Source of the DNA: a virus
Lineage: Duplodnaviria > Heunggongvirae > Uroviricota > Caudoviricetes
Strand: one strand, 5' to 3'
Virus record (IMG/VR): IMGVR_UViG_3300029459_000073
Span: 1-7,806 of that record
DNA length: 7,806 bases
Both the position numbers and the translations under genes were made by a program. Positions within the stretch are counted from its first letter, which is position 1, and the number at the start of each line of letters is the position of its first letter. A model generated the notes under the pieces. That model had not been told where the DNA came from, did not search any database, and saw nothing but the letters and a program-made list of their open reading frames with translations. Below are positions 6,084-7,806 of the stretch, one piece after another.

Positions 6084-6362
6084 TTACCTCCAGATGCGTT
6101 GCTGGAATGTGCGGGACGGACGCGGTGAGCGTTCGGAGTAAGGAAGCCTGACGGAGATTATCCAGTGACGATAATCGAGGCTGAGGGCTTTCTTAATCTC
6201 GTATCCGTGTCTGCGGTAGCACTGAATTAGCCACTCGGCCTGTTCTTCAGTGCATGGGGGATGCTGGAACCAGTCAGATTTGAAAGTGCGGGAACGCCGC
6301 CCGTGCCTGCTGGCAAAGACGGCAGAATCATCAGAATTGTGTAATTTGGTATCGTGCGCCAT
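6084..6362 (-). CDS. Hypothetical small protein (92 aa from ATG at 6362..6360), possibly Rem-like, translationally coupled to the DUF968 gene
   Basis: ORF track 6084..6491. The 135-aa form would contain the strong terminator at 6435-6461, so the internal ATG is preferred; it gives MAHDTKLHNSDDSAVFASRHGRRSRTFKSDWFQHPPCTEEQAEWLIQCYRRHGYE.... The stop TAA (6086-6084) is followed by C and then the GTG start of the next gene. The position corresponds to rem in my recollection of Qin gene order. Confidence 0.4.
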   Translation of the reverse strand: MAHDTKLHNSDDSAVFASRHGRRSRTFKSDWFQHPPCTEEQAEWLIQCYRRHGYEIKKALSLDYRHWIISVRLPYSERSPRPSRTFQQRIWR

Positions 6363-6434
6363 CGGTTGTCTCTGCTGGCGCAGCAGGTGCCAGTTGTTCA
6401 GGCTGGCGTGCGAATTGTAAACCAGAATGCCAGG

Positions 6435-6461
6435 AAAAAACAAAACCCGCCGAAGCGGGTT
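6435..6461 (-). terminator. Strong rho-independent terminator ending the hok transcription unit
   Basis: On the minus strand: 7-bp stem AACCCGC/GCGGGTT with a UUCG tetraloop (loop complement of 6451-6454), followed by TTGTTTTTTCC (complement of 6443-6433). Confidence 0.6.
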
Positions 6462-6500
6462 ACGTGCGGGTGCGTTGAGGATGCCTGACACATCAGAGGT

Positions 6501-6522
6501 GGCGAGGGATTTCTCCCTCGCC
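6501..6522 (-). other. Perfect 9-bp stem-loop 8 nt downstream of the hok stop codon (candidate 3' mRNA structural element)
   Basis: GGCGAGGGA (6501-6509) pairs with TCCCTCGCC (6514-6522) around a 4-nt loop. No U-tract follows on either strand, so it is not called a terminator. Confidence 0.4.
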
Positions 6523-6529
6523 GGGTCTC

Positions 6530-6685
6530 TTACTCCTCAGGTTCGTAAACTGTGAAGACAGCGACCTCCGTCTGGCCGGTTCGGATTCGTACCTCGCAGA
6601 GGTCTTTCCTCGTTACCAGTGCCGTCACTATGACGGTTAAACAGATGACGATCAGGGCGATTAACATCGCCTTTTGCTGCTTCAT
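6530..6685 (-). CDS. hokD: Hok/Gef-family type I toxin (small membrane toxin), 51 aa, HokD/RelF-like
   Basis: MKQQKAMLIALIVICLTVIVTALVTRKDLCEVRIRTGQTEVAVFTVYEPEE has the Hok hallmark (hydrophobic helix, LTRK.LCE.R motif, conserved Cys) and closely matches my recollection of K-12 HokD (RelF). RBS AAGGAG about 9 nt upstream of the ATG at 6685. The track ORF 6530..6742 adds a 19-codon in-frame upstream extension. Confidence 0.85.
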   Translation of the reverse strand: MKQQKAMLIALIVICLTVIVTALVTRKDLCEVRIRTGQTEVAVFTVYEPEE

Positions 6686-6861
6686 AGCCTGCTTCTCCTT
6701 GCCTTTCGGCACGTAAGAGGCTAACCTACATGTGTCTAGCATGAAATTGGCCTCAGATTAATGTTAAGCGTCTTGCAGGACGCGTAATGTTAACTGGGGC
6801 TTTTCTCTATCTGCCTTTTGGTATTCATGCCTGAGACAGATAGCCTCAAGCACCCGCAGCA

Positions 6862-6889
6862 ATTCTACTTAACTATCCTTTCCCCGCAA
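6862..6889 (-). promoter_or_regulatory. Candidate sigma70 promoter for the hok mRNA
   Basis: On the minus strand: -35 TTGCGG (complement of 6889-6884), 16-nt spacer, -10 TAGAAT (complement of 6867-6862). This predicts a leader of roughly 170 nt, comparable to known hok mRNAs. By-eye match only. Confidence 0.3.
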
Positions 6890-6976
6890 ATCGTTTTTAT
6901 CCCCAGCGACAAATCGAATACACCACCAGCGCCACCGCCATTGCGATCCCTACCGTTGTGAATGCCTCAGGCCAGG

Positions 6977-7321
6977 TCATCGTAAAACATCCTCTGCGCT
7001 TATCAGTCCGTTTCGCTTCAGGTAGTCCATCGCCTTACCCGGCAATTTACAGTCCGGCTTCGTTTTCCTCAGTTGCCAGGTTAACTGCTTTACCAGCATG
7101 GTTAACTCGTCGACCAGACGCTGATGTCCCACTGGTTTGTATTCATGCAATTTACCGGCTGGCTCTGCTGCCAGCGATGCCAGTGCGATTTCCAGAACAG
7201 CAATATCTATCTTATATGTGCGGATGATGTCATGGTCGATTGTGCCCGGTATGCACAGTCTCTGTGCTTCAATAGTCTCCTCTGCGTGAGCTATTAACTG
7301 CTCTCTGGTAAAAGTGGTCAT
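6977..7321 (-). CDS. Hypothetical protein, 114 aa, second gene of a two-gene cassette upstream of hok
   Basis: ORF track 6977..7321 ([114 protein letters not shown]). Its ATG overlaps the stop of the upstream gene by 4 bp (ATGA at 7318-7321), which suggests translational coupling. No family recognised. Confidence 0.5.
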
Positions 7322-7806
7322 GCCGCGCTTCCTTCTTGCTTATTAACGATTACACCGTCATATATTTCATTAAGGTGTCCCCTCAACTCCATGCGCCTTA
7401 ATGCAGACAACATGTAATCGCATTCAACCTGCTTATTTCCAGTAAATGGCTTATCGTCAGGATCACCCCAACAGCAATTACCCTTGGGCCACCCATGTAC
7501 TTTCCGTACTCTTCCGTTAACAACGTGAAGTAATCCCCAGCCAGGTGGTAAATCCTCAATTGAAATAATTCCCGGCTCACTAATAAAGAATCTCCAGTCG
7601 CCCATGCCAAGAGAGGGATTTTTACGGAAACGCTTTTTTCTATCTGCCAACAAGTCAGCACGAGAACACTTCGCCTCTATCAGGCATGATGCTGAATTTC
7701 TGAATCCCATAGCATCTGGCTGTTCTCCGGTACTGGTTACAGCAACAAAGCGGTCATGAAAGCAAACCTTGAACCCGTTGCGCTTAAGGAACCTGTACGC
7801 AATCTG
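7318..7806 (-). CDS. Hypothetical protein, partial (C-terminal 162 or more aa; reading frame open to the window end at 7806), Cys/Trp-rich C-terminal region
   Basis: Hand translation shows the frame of ORF 7318..7710 stays open upstream to 7806 (...[53 protein letters not shown]...[58 protein letters not shown]). The listed ATG at 7710 is therefore probably internal. No family recognised. Confidence 0.5.

Noticed and set aside
5180-6128. ORFs 5180..5494, 5380..5640, 5723..6073 and 5901..6128 (plus), and 5437..5622 and 5647..5862 (minus)
   Set aside because: They are shadows or alternative frames of the DUF968 gene, several crossing the N-run. None has a start context.
6363-6491. Long 135-aa form of ORF 6084..6491
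   Set aside because: The N-terminal extension would contain the strong intrinsic terminator at 6435-6461 that ends the hok unit. The start was moved to the ATG at 6362.
6686-6742. Extended 70-aa form of the hok ORF (6530..6742) as the primary product
   Set aside because: Hok toxins are about 50 aa, and the ATG at 6685 has a canonical AAGGAG RBS. The upstream in-frame ATG is kept as an observation, not as the called start.
6958-7661. ORFs 6958..7227 (plus) and 7398..7661 (minus)
   Set aside because: They are antisense or alternative-frame overlaps of the two cassette genes, whose frames are longer and coupled by an ATGA overlap.
1-7806. CRISPR array, insertion sequence, or integrase/attachment site
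   Set aside because: No regularly spaced direct repeats, no terminal inverted repeats flanking a transposase-like ORF, and no integrase-like ORF are present in this window.

Overview
This window reads as the right-arm (nin/Q to lysis) segment of a lambdoid prophage from an enterobacterial (E. coli-like) genome, with every credible gene on the minus strand. All calls come from reading the sequence and ORF track by eye; no database search was run. In transcription order (high to low coordinates): a two-gene cassette of unknown function (7806-6977, first gene runs off the window), a Hok-family toxin locus with its own predicted promoter and terminator (about 6889-6435), a small Rem-like ORF, a DUF968/YdfU-like protein, RusA, a Q-like antiterminator, a roughly 1 kb slot that holds stx and tRNAs in Stx phages but here holds only a small ORF and several terminators, a NanS-p-type sialate O-acetylesterase, two small ORFs, an S21-type pinholin, and the start of a gene after the holin that does not look like an endolysin. 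Two short N-runs interrupt rusA and the DUF968 gene. No tRNA, rRNA, CRISPR array, IS element or stx gene was seen. The best candidates for something undescribed are the unknown cassette sitting where relBE sits in the K-12 Qin prophage, the non-endolysin gene after the holin, and the stx-less cargo slot.
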